Assembly (NCBI GenBank): GCA_963677595.1
Contig: OY782041.1
Location: 1-64,000, forward strand
Source: Spirochaetia bacterium
Lineage (GTDB): Bacteria > Spirochaetota > Spirochaetia > CAKZLE01
Direction of reading: 5' to 3'
Length of the DNA: 64,000 nucleotides
Of the stretch, positions 40,432 to 50,601 are shown in pieces; positions within the stretch are counted from its first letter, which is position 1, and each line of letters opens with the position of its first letter. A program made the translations under genes and the position numbers. A model generated the notes under the pieces. That model worked only from the letters and a program-made list of their open reading frames with translations, made no database searches and was not told the DNA's origin.

Positions 40432-42066
40432 CTATCCAAGTTTACTGATATAATCAGCTTCTATTTCGGCTTCCCGGTTCCAGGGAGCCTTCACCTTCGA
40501 CCAGATCTTCGTGCTGACGATCCGGGCGATGTCCTTGTAGAAGTTCACCGCACCCTCGAAGCCGGCATAGGGTCCCTCGTAGTCGTAGCTGTGCAGCTGC
40601 TTCAGCGGGACTCCGAACTTCTGGACCACGTACTTCTCCTTGATCCCGGCACAGAAGATGTCGGGCTTGAAGGTCTCGATCAGCCACTGCTGCTCATGGT
40701 GGGTGATGTCATCGATGATCAGGGAGTTCGACTCCATGTCGTTCATCATCCCGGCATAATCCTTGAAGAGCAGTCCCTTCTTCTCGAGCATCAGGATATT
40801 CGACTCATCCTTCCTCGGGTTGTAGAGCTGCTCATCCTTCTCCACTTTGAGCTCCTCGATGTTACGGCTGTCCGCATCTACCTTCAGGTACGGCAGGACC
40901 TCACGGCCCTCATAGTCATCCCGATGGGCGAACTCATAACCGGCAGCGAGGACCGACATCCCGAGTTCAGCGAAGAGGTCCTGGTAGTGGTGGGCCCGTG
41001 ACCCCCCTACGAAGAGCATGGCAGTCTTCCCCTCGGTCTTCGGCTTGTAGCGTTCCAGTGCGGCCTCTGCCATTGCCAATTTCTCCGCGATATAGGCCTC
41101 GACACGGTCGGTAAGCTCCTGGTCATCGAAGTACTCCGCGATCTTCCTCAGCGACTTCGCTGATGACTTGGCGCCGATGAAGTTCACCTTGATCCAGGGG
41201 ATCCCGTACTTCGTCTCCATCATCTCGGCGACGTAGTTGATCGACCTGTGGCACATGATGGCATTGAGGTCCGCCGTGTGGGACCGCTCGAACTGTTCTA
41301 CCGTAGAATTCCCGCTGAAGGTGGAGACGAGCGTGATGCCGAGCTCGTTGAACATCTCCTCGAGCACGAAGGCGTCCCCCCCGATGTTGTACTCCCCGAG
41401 AAGGTTGATCTTGAACTTACCTTCGGGGGAGTTGTTGTTGTTTCCCACCAGATGCCTGAACAGCTGGTTGTTGGCGATATGGTGGCCTGCCGACTGGCTG
41501 ACGCCCTTATAGCCCTCGCAGGAGAACCCGAAGACGTTGCAGTCCCCGAACTTCTCCTTCATCTCACGTGCCACGGCATGGATGTCATCGCCGATGAGCC
41601 CGACGGGGCAAGTAGCGAAGATACTGATCGCCTTGGGGTGGAAAAGGTCATAGGCCTCCTGGATCGCCTGGCGAAGCTTCTTCTCACCGCCGAATACGAT
41701 GTTCTCATCCTGCATGTCGGTACTGAAGCAGTAGGTCATGTAGTTCTCGCCGTCCGGCCCCGGGGAGGTCTGGTTCCTCCTCGTGAGCCAGCTGTAGAAC
41801 CCGCAGCCGATCGGTCCATGGGTGATGTTCACGATGTCCCTCGTCGGCCCGAGCACGACGCCCTTGCAGCCGGCATAGGTACAGCCCCGCTGAGTTATGA
41901 TCCCGGGAATGGTACGGACATTCGCCTGTATCTCCTGCTTCTCGCCCTCCTCCTTGACCACGATCGCCTTCTTCCGCTTTCTCGCTACCTTGGGAGGATA
42001 GATATCGACCAGGGCATCCCGGTATGTATCAACTGTCATTCCTTCTCGTTCTTTCAAATCTTTCAT
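40432..42066 (-). CDS. nifD: Nitrogenase MoFe protein alpha chain (group II type with ~50-aa insertion)
   Basis: RGCTYAG, HGPIGC, ATCPVGLIGDD, GVSQSAGHHIA, MCHRSINY (Cys ligand), GGSRAHH, QLHSYDY (His ligand); RBS before ATG at 42066. Confidence 0.97.
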   Translation of the reverse strand: MKDLKEREGMTVDTYRDALVDIYPPKVARKRKKAIVVKEEGEKQEIQANVRTIPGIITQRGCTYAGCKGVVLGPTRDIVNITHGPIGCGFYSWLTRRNQTSPGPDGENYMTYCFSTDMQDENIVFGGEKKLRQAIQEAYDLFHPKAISIFATCPVGLIGDDIHAVAREMKEKFGDCNVFGFSCEGYKGVSQSAGHHIANNQLFRHLVGNNNNSPEGKFKINLLGEYNIGGDAFVLEEMFNELGITLVSTFSGNSTVEQFERSHTADLNAIMCHRSINYVAEMMETKYGIPWIKVNFIGAKSSAKSLRKIAEYFDDQELTDRVEAYIAEKLAMAEAALERYKPKTEGKTAMLFVGGSRAHHYQDLFAELGMSVLAAGYEFAHRDDYEGREVLPYLKVDADSRNIEELKVEKDEQLYNPRKDESNILMLEKKGLLFKDYAGMMNDMESNSLIIDDITHHEQQWLIETFKPDIFCAGIKEKYVVQKFGVPLKQLHSYDYEGPYAGFEGAVNFYKDIARIVSTKIWSKVKAPWNREAEIEADYISKLG

Positions 42067-42100
42067 CTCCTTCTCCTGCCGACTGCCTGGCAATAGACGG

Positions 42101-42487
42101 TCAGTCTATGTCCAGGACAGCATCCCCGGCTTCTCCGGTCCGGACCCTGACCGCATCGATCAGGGGCAGGACGAATATCTTCCCGTCTCCGGCATTCCCC
42201 GTCTGGTTCGTCTGGATGATCGTCTTCACGGTCAGGTCCACCTTCTCATCCGGTACGATGATCGTCAGCAGACGCTTGCTCACCAGCCTGGGACCCATCC
42301 CGAGGAGGGATATGGCTTCATCGAACCCTTCCTTGGCTCCGTCAAGGATACGGTAATCGACGATACCCTTACCGCGTCCCTGGACCCGGCCTGTCCCGGT
42401 GAAGGAGGTGATACCGACACTCGAGAGTGCCCGCTTGGTCTCGTTCACCTTATTGATCCTGATAATCGCCATGACCTCTTTCATCAC
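42101..42487 (-). CDS. nifI2: PII-family nitrogenase regulator NifI2
   Basis: MKEVMAIIRINK, GRGKG, NQTGNAGDGKIFV; lies between nifH and nifD. Confidence 0.92.
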   Translation of the reverse strand: MMKEVMAIIRINKVNETKRALSSVGITSFTGTGRVQGRGKGIVDYRILDGAKEGFDEAISLLGMGPRLVSKRLLTIIVPDEKVDLTVKTIIQTNQTGNAGDGKIFVLPLIDAVRVRTGEAGDAVLDID

Positions 42488-42813
42488 ATCTCCTCTTTGG
42501 TACCAGTACTGATGGTGTATACCTCATCGACCGGTGAGACGAAGATCTTCCCGTCACCGAACAGACCGGCACTCCCGGTCCTCGCGCTCTTCAGGATGAG
42601 CTTCACGACCACATCCTTCTCCTTCACCGGGACCACGGTCAGCAGCAGTTCCTTCGGGATCTCGTCATAGGTCACAGCCCCGACCTTGAGTCCTCGCTGT
42701 TTTCCCCGCCCGACCACGGAGATCTTCGTCACTGCGGGATACCCGGCATCCAGGAGCTTCTTGAGCACCATGTCAGATTTCTCGGGCCTGATTATTGAAC
42801 GAATTAATACCAT
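42484..42813 (-). CDS. nifI1: PII-family nitrogenase regulator NifI1
   Basis: IIRPEK...GYPAVTKISVVGRGKQRG...YDEIPK...FGDGKIFVSPV. Confidence 0.92.
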   Translation of the reverse strand: MVLIRSIIRPEKSDMVLKKLLDAGYPAVTKISVVGRGKQRGLKVGAVTYDEIPKELLLTVVPVKEKDVVVKLILKSARTGSAGLFGDGKIFVSPVDEVYTISTGTKEEM

Positions 42814-42853
42814 ATTCTCTCTCTCCTTATGTATCGTGTTCGTAAGTCTCAGA

Positions 42854-43732
<879 letters not shown>

Positions 43733-43772
43733 TCAGGGCCTGGGGAGCTGTTTACAGGGGTGCGGGGGGCGA

Positions 43773-43826
43773 CGTTTTACCAAAAGGTAACAGGATCTAG
43801 GCCCGTTTTACATTTGTGTAACAGGA
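43773..43826. promoter_or_regulatory. Duplicated upstream activator sites CGTTTTAC-N6-GTAACAGGA
   Basis: Copies at 43773-43795 and 43804-43826, 31 bp apart; each has a TTAC-N6-GTAA palindromic core. Confidence 0.8.
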
Positions 43827-43902
43827 CAGCATACCGTCAAAGGCGTGGTTTGGGATGCCGGGTCAGGAGGAGGAAGGAAGGTCGTGCCGGTGCACACGAA
43901 GG

Positions 43903-43934
43903 CAGTCGGACCTACGTTCCCTTAGGTCCGACTG
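43903..43934. terminator. Strong hairpin after the activator gene
   Basis: CAGTCGGACCTA-8 nt-TAGGTCCGACTG perfect 12-bp stem; weak U tract. Confidence 0.6.
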
Positions 43935-43965
43935 ATTGCTGCAGAAAAGAGGCAATATCCTGTGA

Positions 43966-45525
43966 TCAGTGGCTGTAGCGTGCTACCTGGATCTGGTACT
44001 TCTGGATGCGCAGCCCGAGCTGCCGGTTAGTGATCCCGAGGTTCCTGGCGGCTTTCGAGATGTTCCCGTTCGTCCGCTTCAGCTCCTCGACGATCATCTC
44101 GTACTCGATGGAGTCGAGACGGAAGGTGAGCGTCCCCTTCTCCCCGGTCTCAGGCCGGTGGGAGGATTTCTGCAGGGAAGGCGGCATATGGAAGCCGTGG
44201 ATGGTATCATCATCGGAGAGGATCACTCCCCGCTCGATGCAGTTCTCCAGCTCCCGTACGTTCCCGGGCCAGTGGTAGGACATGAGCATATCGATGGCCG
44301 GGGTCGAGATCCTGGAGATCTGCTTCCCGGCGAACTTACTGTGCTTCTCGATGAAGAAATCGGACAGCGGGATGATATCGGTCTTCCGTTCGCGGAGGGG
44401 CGGCACATAGATGGGGAAGACGTTCAGCCGGTAGAAGAGGTCCTCCCGGAAGGTCCCCTCGGCGGCGAGCGCCTCGAGGTCACGGTTCGTCGCCGCGATC
44501 ACCCGTACATCCGCCTTGCGGACCTCGGTATCACCGATGCGCTGGTACTCTTTCTCCTGGAGGACCCGTAGCAGCTTCACCTGGGCGTTGAGGGTCATCT
44601 CACCGATCTCGTCAAGGAAGATCGTCCCACCGTTCGCCTGCTCGAACTTCCCGATGTGGGTCTGGAGCGCCCCGGTGAAGGAGCCCCGGTTATGCCCGAA
44701 GAGCTCGGACTCGATCAGGTGCTCGGGCAGGACGGCGCAGTTGAACTTGATGAAGGGCTTGTCTGCCCTCCTGCTGTGGTAATGGATCGCCTCGGCGACG
44801 AGCTCCTTCCCGGTCCCGCTCTCTCCCTGGATGAGCACGGTGGTATTGTTCGGCCCTATCCGGTTGATCTGCCTGAAGAGGTTCTGCATGACGCTCGAGG
44901 TCCCGATCATGTTCACCTGCCGGATGGAACCTTTCAGTTCCTGCTGCAGCCGTTCATTCTCCTTGTAGAGCGACAGGTTCTCCTCATGGATCGCCTGGTG
45001 GAGCCTGACGCTCCGTGAGACCATGGCGGCGATGATGGTGAGCAGCTTCTGGTCATCCTCGAGCTGGACATCATCCTCGAAGAGCCGGTCGGCACTCAGC
45101 GTCCCTATCGCCTGCCCGCCCATGGCGCCCATGATCGGTACGCAGATGAACGATATCTGGGTATCGGCCAGTCCAGCCCGGGAACCGGTCTTGTCGAGAA
45201 AATCGGGTTCACTGGTGGTCATCGGGATGATCATCGGCTGTGCAGTCTCCGCTACCTTGCCGATGATGCCCTCCCCGAGACTGTATATACCGCGTGAAGC
45301 CTCCTCCTCGGTCAGGCCGATCGAGGCCTCGAGGGAGATCGCACCGGTCTTCCGGTTGAGGATCGTGATCATGCCCCGATGGATCCCCAGGTACTTCGCC
45401 ATGATCTCGAGGATCGGCCTGAAGACGTTCTGGACATCATGTTCATACCGGAGAATCACGCTGATATCATTGAGAAGCGAGATCACCCGCTTCAGGTACT
45501 TCGGTTCCTGCAGGTTCGGGTTCAT
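43966..45525 (-). CDS. nifA: GAF-AAA+-HTH sigma54 activator of nif genes (NifA/AnfA/VnfA family)
   Basis: N-terminal GAF, GESGTGKE, ESELFGHNRGSFTGA, WPGNVRELEN, C-terminal HTH; adjacent to nifH. Confidence 0.88.
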   Translation of the reverse strand: MNPNLQEPKYLKRVISLLNDISVILRYEHDVQNVFRPILEIMAKYLGIHRGMITILNRKTGAISLEASIGLTEEEASRGIYSLGEGIIGKVAETAQPMIIPMTTSEPDFLDKTGSRAGLADTQISFICVPIMGAMGGQAIGTLSADRLFEDDVQLEDDQKLLTIIAAMVSRSVRLHQAIHEENLSLYKENERLQQELKGSIRQVNMIGTSSVMQNLFRQINRIGPNNTTVLIQGESGTGKELVAEAIHYHSRRADKPFIKFNCAVLPEHLIESELFGHNRGSFTGALQTHIGKFEQANGGTIFLDEIGEMTLNAQVKLLRVLQEKEYQRIGDTEVRKADVRVIAATNRDLEALAAEGTFREDLFYRLNVFPIYVPPLRERKTDIIPLSDFFIEKHSKFAGKQISRISTPAIDMLMSYHWPGNVRELENCIERGVILSDDDTIHGFHMPPSLQKSSHRPETGEKGTLTFRLDSIEYEMIVEELKRTNGNISKAARNLGITNRQLGLRIQKYQIQVARYSH

Positions 45526-45527
45526 CT

Positions 45528-46478
45528 TTAGGAGCTCCTCCCCACCTGGTACGGCAGCAGCGGCTGGTAGGCCAACGGGTCGGAGCGGAGCCCGTGCAGG
45601 TGTATACCCGAGGTATGGGTGAAGACTGCTCCCCCGACGAACGGCTTGTCCTCGGGTGTCACCCTACCCGAGACCTGTTCTGCGAAGGTGCTCAACGCAT
45701 ACAGCATCGAGGGGTCCACGTGGGTGTGGTACCCGGCTTTCCGGTCTATGTTCATGACGACCTCGGCCAGGGGGGCATTCCCTGCCCGCTCCCCGATCCC
45801 GTTCACCGTCACATCGATGGTATCGGCGCCGGCATCGATTGCGGCGAGACAGTTCGCCGTCACCAGCCCGTAGTCATTATGGCCGTGGAACTCCACCGGC
45901 ACCCCAGACCTTCCGGTGAAGAGCCTCACGGTCCTCGACACCTCCTCAGGCATGGCTGTTCCCACGGTATCTGAGATCCGGATCCGGTCGATCGGCAGCT
46001 CATCGAGCAGCCGGTTGACCTCCCCTATATGGCGTTCATCTGCCCGGAAGGCATCCTGCAGCCCCAGGCTCATGAAACTGAACCGGGACCGGTAGCGGCC
46101 TACTAAGTCCATCGTCTTCTCCAGCACATCCTCCCAGGTATGGGAGGTTGCCTTGAGGTGGTAGCCTGAGAACGGCAGGCAGATATGGACGCTCCTCGCC
46201 CCGCAGCCGTAAGCTGCCTCGATATCGAAACTCTTGAGCCGGCACCAGGCGATCACCCGTTTCTGGGGGAACGATTCGGTAAGGAGCCGTATGATGTTCT
46301 GGTCCAGGAGTCCTGAAGCCGGGATGCCGGCTTCGATCTCATCGATCCCGGCGGCGAAGAGCCTGCCGGCCAGGACGAGCCGGTTCTTCATCCCCATCGA
46401 TACTCCCGGGGCCTGGTTCCCGTCACGCAGTGTGGTGTCTAACAGCCTGATGGTGCGGCTTTCACGATATTCCATCAC
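45528..46478 (-). CDS. nifV: Homocitrate synthase
   Basis: DTTLRDGNQAPG, EIEAGIP, IAWCR, DTVG, FHGHNDYGL, GIGERAGNA, FTHTSGIH; nif context. Confidence 0.88.
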   Translation of the reverse strand: MMEYRESRTIRLLDTTLRDGNQAPGVSMGMKNRLVLAGRLFAAGIDEIEAGIPASGLLDQNIIRLLTESFPQKRVIAWCRLKSFDIEAAYGCGARSVHICLPFSGYHLKATSHTWEDVLEKTMDLVGRYRSRFSFMSLGLQDAFRADERHIGEVNRLLDELPIDRIRISDTVGTAMPEEVSRTVRLFTGRSGVPVEFHGHNDYGLVTANCLAAIDAGADTIDVTVNGIGERAGNAPLAEVVMNIDRKAGYHTHVDPSMLYALSTFAEQVSGRVTPEDKPFVGGAVFTHTSGIHLHGLRSDPLAYQPLLPYQVGRSS

Positions 46479-46513
46479 CTCTCCTTACTCTATCGTGGTA
46501 TTATTCTATCTAT

Positions 46514-46529
46514 AGCAAGAATTGTGCCA
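46514..46529 (-). promoter_or_regulatory. sigma54 promoter of nifV-activator
   Basis: Minus strand TGGCAC-AATTC-TTGCT upstream of the nifV RBS. Confidence 0.88.
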
Positions 46530-46610
46530 TACTGTCCGTCTCCAGGTAACCGCTTATACACAGTAGGGTTACGTGACCGTTACGTAATTTTGAATCTTAC
46601 ATCTTGCAAT

Positions 46611-46661
46611 TATCCTACGAATATGTAGGATATATACTATCAAAACTGCTACATACAGGTA
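46611..46661. promoter_or_regulatory. Two TAC-N6-GTA sites upstream of the nifV promoter
   Basis: TATCCTAC-gaatat-GTAGGATA (46611-46632) and TAC-atacag-GTA (46650-46661). Confidence 0.7.
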
Positions 46662-46682
46662 ACTTCCACAAAGAGGTATGCT

Positions 46683-47132
46683 ATGGACATCGAGATAGGG
46701 ATCGCCGGAAACGAGGATATCGTCGGGATGACGGGACTGCTTGAACAGCTCTTCTCCCTGGAGCCGCAGTTCCAGCCCGATGGGGAGGTACAGTCACGGG
46801 GACTCAGGGCCATCGTGGACGATCCGGGCATCGGGGAGATCCTGGTAGCTCGAGCCGGCGGGATCCCGGTCGGGATGGCCTGCCTGCTCTATACGGTGAG
46901 CACTGCACGGGGCGGGAAGGTCGCGCTGCTCGAGGATGTCATCGTCAGCAGGGAGTACCGCAGCCGCGGCATCGGGAAGAGACTGCTCGAAGGCGCGATC
47001 GAGCATGCACGCACTACAGGCTGCCTGCGGATCTCCCTGCTGACCGATGAGCACAATACCGATGCCCAGAGGCTCTATGCCAGACTGGGATTCTCCACCT
47101 ACGGGATGACCCCGATGAGGCTCCATCTCTGA
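46683..47132 (+). CDS. GNAT family N-acetyltransferase
   Basis: LEDVIVSREYRSRGIGKRLL, LLTDEHNTDAQRLYARLGF. Confidence 0.9.
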   Translation: MDIEIGIAGNEDIVGMTGLLEQLFSLEPQFQPDGEVQSRGLRAIVDDPGIGEILVARAGGIPVGMACLLYTVSTARGGKVALLEDVIVSREYRSRGIGKRLLEGAIEHARTTGCLRISLLTDEHNTDAQRLYARLGFSTYGMTPMRLHL

Positions 47133-47455
47133 ACACCACGTACCGTGCAAACCACCCCCTCTTCCACCTGCCGCCCCATCGGCGATTAAGGACATGAGGA
47201 ATCATTCATGCAAACCTAACCATTAAGTTAAGGTATATTGCTCGGTATCCGACTATGCAGTAAGCTCTGCCAATAGGGATTAACCATGTATTCTGTGGAT
47301 GGTTCTTTTTCTGCCGGAGCCAGTGTAATCAGGTCTCAGGGGAAGAAAGGTCCATCCATCATAACAAAAAGTATAACAAAAAAGTGTACATACTTGTCCC
47401 AGCATGCTGTGACAGAGAGCTGAACCCATACTTGTTAGGGAATGGATTGGAGTAG

Positions 47456-47725
47456 ATGATGTTGAAACCACTTGAACTGATGAGGAAGTTCACTTCGCGT
47501 GGGCCGGTGGAGCGAAGAGAATACCGGCATCATATCTTTGCGAGCGAACTGCACGAAGATCATGACTTGTCACGGTACCTGAAGAGGGACCACGCTATAC
47601 GATACTACTGTCCGAAATGCCGGAAGCTCTACCACCAGGGGGATGTGAACCACATCCCCGGCGGAGCAGCCTGCCCGGACTGTGAGGATATAACCTATCT
47701 CAAGATGATCGTGTTCGATGATTAG
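47456..47725 (+). CDS. Small hypothetical zinc-ribbon protein
   Basis: CPKC...CPDC pair; GGAG RBS. Confidence 0.6.
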   Translation: MMLKPLELMRKFTSRGPVERREYRHHIFASELHEDHDLSRYLKRDHAIRYYCPKCRKLYHQGDVNHIPGGAACPDCEDITYLKMIVFDD

Positions 47726-47745
47726 GGATGGAGGCGAAGTCACCT

Positions 47746-48420
47746 TCACTCTTCGTCTATGATGCTCAGCGTATATCCCTTTCCGTAGACCGACTCTATC
47801 AGTACCGTCTGGCTGTCGACTTCCCTGATCTTCTTCCTCAGCCTGGAGATCTGCATATAGGTCGAATCAGGTTCTCCCTTTGACGGGACCGCTGCCGGTT
47901 CTTCCGAGTAGGTTTCGTGCTCCAGATAGGCGAGATAGAGCTTCCGCAGCAGCCTGGTCTGTGAAGGCTGCAGATAAGCCCTCTTCTCCCCCCGGTGCAG
48001 GAGATGCTCCTCGGTCTGGAGGGTCATGTCCCCGATCTGGATAACCTGCATATGTGACAGGAGCTGCCTGCTGACCGCACGCAGTTTATAGATCAGTTCG
48101 AACATATCGAAGGGTTTTGTTATGTAGTCGTCAGCCCCGGAACTGTAGGAGGCCTTCTTGCTTGCGGCATCATTGAGGGCAGTGAGCATCAGGATCCTGC
48201 AGTGCTCGTACTCCCTGAAGAACGGGACCAGCTCATACCCGCTGCCCCCGGGGAGCATGATGTCAAGGAGGACGATATGCGGCGGGTGAACGGCAGCCGC
48301 CTCCCTGGCCTCTCTGGCATTCACGGCGCTGATGGCATGGTAGCCTTCATGATGCAGCGTCTTTCTGATACTCTCATTGAGTGCCCTGTTATCCTCAACG
48401 ATAAGAATAGTCAGCTTGAT
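47746..48420 (-). CDS. OmpR-family response regulator with an apparent ATC start codon
   Basis: KLTILIVEDN upstream of and in frame with LLDIMLPG, MLTA, GADDYITKPF, IESVYGKGY; GGAGG RBS precedes ATC. Confidence 0.85.
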   Translation of the reverse strand: MKLTILIVEDNRALNESIRKTLHHEGYHAISAVNAREAREAAAVHPPHIVLLDIMLPGGSGYELVPFFREYEHCRILMLTALNDAASKKASYSSGADDYITKPFDMFELIYKLRAVSRQLLSHMQVIQIGDMTLQTEEHLLHRGEKRAYLQPSQTRLLRKLYLAYLEHETYSEEPAAVPSKGEPDSTYMQISRLRKKIREVDSQTVLIESVYGKGYTLSIIDEE

Positions 48421-48532
48421 AGTGTCCTCCCCGACATACGAATATGCTTAGGGCCAATCATACACTATCTCATGCGGTCTGTCCAACAGTCCCTATGCGG
48501 TCAGCAGGCTCCCAACCGGGCAGCCGAGGGCC

Positions 48533-49201
48533 CTACAACCGGTTCTTGTACTCGTAGTAATCCTTCGCTGACACCAGCCCCTGCTGTGTTGCCTTCAGCA
48601 GGGCATTCCCGATCGCGGCACTGGTGCCTGCGACCGTACCGAGGTTCTCCTCATCCGAGGCAGTCTCCCAGAACTTCTCGAGCTCGCCAGCGACGAGATC
48701 GCCTGCCTCAGCCCCGTACCGGTCATAGATCTCCATCAGGTGGTCTCCTGCGTCATTCCCCAGCCAGTAATAGCATTCTACGGCATAGCGCCTTGCCTCG
48801 GAACCGTAGGTTCTGGAGAAGTACTCGATCTTCGTCACCACAGCAGGACCGTATTTCTCGGTAAGGTACCCCAGCTGCCTGCCGATCTTCTCACCGTAGG
48901 TATTGAAGGTATCGGCAATGAACTCGGAGACCTGTTCACCGTAGGTGTCCTGGATATCGGACAACAGGTCCGAGACTCCCCTCCCGAACCTGGAGGCGGC
49001 CTTCTTAGCGTTCTCCAGTGCTCCCGGGGCAGCCTCGGCAGCCTGCTCGACCAGGTCCGAGGCGGCATCGACCGTGTTGTCGATAGCCTCAGTCGTCGAA
49101 TCGAAGGCCTCCTTGAAACTGTCAGCGAACTTACCGAAGTTGAACGCATATGCCGATGCACAGAGAAACAGGATGAGTACCGCAGACATGACTCGTTTCA
49201 T
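48533..49201 (-). CDS. Secreted helical-repeat hypothetical protein
   Basis: Signal peptide MKRVMSAVLILFLCASAYA; amphipathic helices; 15-aa YG repeats. Confidence 0.7.
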   Translation of the reverse strand: MKRVMSAVLILFLCASAYAFNFGKFADSFKEAFDSTTEAIDNTVDAASDLVEQAAEAAPGALENAKKAASRFGRGVSDLLSDIQDTYGEQVSEFIADTFNTYGEKIGRQLGYLTEKYGPAVVTKIEYFSRTYGSEARRYAVECYYWLGNDAGDHLMEIYDRYGAEAGDLVAGELEKFWETASDEENLGTVAGTSAAIGNALLKATQQGLVSAKDYYEYKNRL

Positions 49202-49342
49202 ATATCCCTCCATGGATAGCTGAGCATATAGAGGTGGTATGCACTCAGCACTTACTCCTATAGTGAACTATACTCTATGTCTGCTGATATAGCAAGAAAC
49301 TGAGAAATCAGGCTTTAACCTGGTCAAGGCCCAACCTGACGT

Positions 49343-49816
49343 TCAGGCTTTGACCTTGACGACAGCTTTCCGGATACTGCTCTGTTTGCTGATCGTACAG
49401 CAGGGCTTATGGGCATCCTGGGGGAAGAGGATGCAGAACATCCCGGGGATGAGTTTCAAGGGGACTCCTCCCCAAGGAATCCCCTGGTCATCCTTGGGGT
49501 CATAGAACCCGATATCTTTCTTCCCATCATAGGCTATGGTCTCTGACAGGCCTTCGAGCGGCGTGTACCAGCAGTGTTCCTCCCCTTCGAGGGTGATCTG
49601 GATGTCGATGTAGGTCCGGTGCGCCTCGTAGGATGCCGATGAAGCATCCTTGGTATCATAGGACTGGATATGGACGATCACCTCATCACCTTCCACCGGG
49701 TAGGTGCCGACTTCCAGGGCTGTTATGTCCGCATTGGCAAGGTAGTCAATGGCATGGTCGAGCGGGGAGGATATCCCCCTGTAGGCTCCAAGATTCTTTA
49801 GGGTATCATAAATCAT
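49343..49816 (-). CDS. YhcH/YjgK/YiaL family protein
   Basis: MIYDTL, YEAHRTYIDIQ, DIGFY, LFPQDAHKP, RKAVVKV. Confidence 0.92.
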   Translation of the reverse strand: MIYDTLKNLGAYRGISSPLDHAIDYLANADITALEVGTYPVEGDEVIVHIQSYDTKDASSASYEAHRTYIDIQITLEGEEHCWYTPLEGLSETIAYDGKKDIGFYDPKDDQGIPWGGVPLKLIPGMFCILFPQDAHKPCCTISKQSSIRKAVVKVKA

Positions 49817-49829
49817 TCTCTGTCTCTCC

Positions 49830-49965
49830 TTATTTCATACCAGCATCAAGATACGACCGGAGGAAGCTGTTGTTCTGTGCAAGCACCTCACGCCAGTCAT
49901 CATTGTTCACATACCAGAACTCACAGACGATCATCCGAACTCCCATTAACAGTGCCTCAGACATC
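49830..49965 (-). pseudogene. C-terminal remnant of an L-ribulose/L-xylulose-5-phosphate 3-epimerase-like gene
   Basis: ...LLMGVRMIVCEFWYVNNDDWREVLAQNNSFLRSYLDAGMK*. Family resemblance is from memory; the N-terminus is missing. Confidence 0.55.
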
Positions 49966-49976
49966 GCTAGAGACCT

Positions 49977-50448
49977 TCAACGGGACCAGTTTCTCATAGA
50001 CCTCCCGGTCTGGTCCTTCAGCCAGGCCAGCAGAGCAGCCTGCTGGGAAGGGATGAGCTTCTGGCAGAGCTTGGGATAGAGCCGCTCGGCCGTACCGTCA
50101 GCCTCCCATCCCTGGGGGTAGGTCCATGCACGGTTATCGGTGGAGATGATCCCGTTGTAGGCCGGTTTGTCATCGGTCCCCCAGGCATAGAGGCCCTTCC
50201 CATGGCCGCTCACCCCGATGCCGACCACGGATTCAGCAGGGACCCCGCTCCTGGACAGCACCTCGGCGATGCACTCGCAGTTGACCTCCCAGAGGCGTTC
50301 CATGTCGCGTTCGGTATAGCCAGGACGGGGAGCGATCAGTTCGGTATGCCTGGTGGCAATGCAGATCTCCACGCCCTTCAGACGTGTAGAGTGCCGCCTT
50401 GGTGACGGTCCCACCGTTATCGACGCCAAGCAGGTATGTTTTCATCAT
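49977..50448 (-). pseudogene. N-terminal fragment of an FGGY carbohydrate kinase (LyxK-like), frameshifted and truncated
   Basis: YLLGVDNGGTVTKAALY / PGYTERDM...GIGVSGHGKGLY...GIISTDNRA...LAWLK, then ends after about 155 aa. Confidence 0.85.
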
Positions 50449-50454
50449 AGTACA

Positions 50455-50601
50455 CCTTCCCCCGGGTTCCAGGGCCTTGTCCTTGCAGGCATCAATGTGG
50501 ATCCTCATGGCCTTCTGGGCTGTATCATAGTCCTCATTGATGAGATAGTTCAGGATATCTGCATGTTCATGCCGTGCATAATAGATCTCCGTCACAACCA
50601 T
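50455..50601 (-). pseudogene. C-terminal FCD remnant of a GntR-family regulator
   Basis: RHEHADILNYLINEDYDTAQKAMRIHI; no HTH upstream. Confidence 0.65.

Noticed and set aside
39038-42066. Alternative (V or Fe-only) nitrogenase
   Set aside because: There is no vnfG/anfG between D and K (11-bp gap), nifEN and modABC are present, and the D motifs are group II Mo-type.
43741-43860. Canonical NifA UAS TGT-N10-ACA upstream of nifH
   Set aside because: Checked by eye; no correctly spaced match was found.
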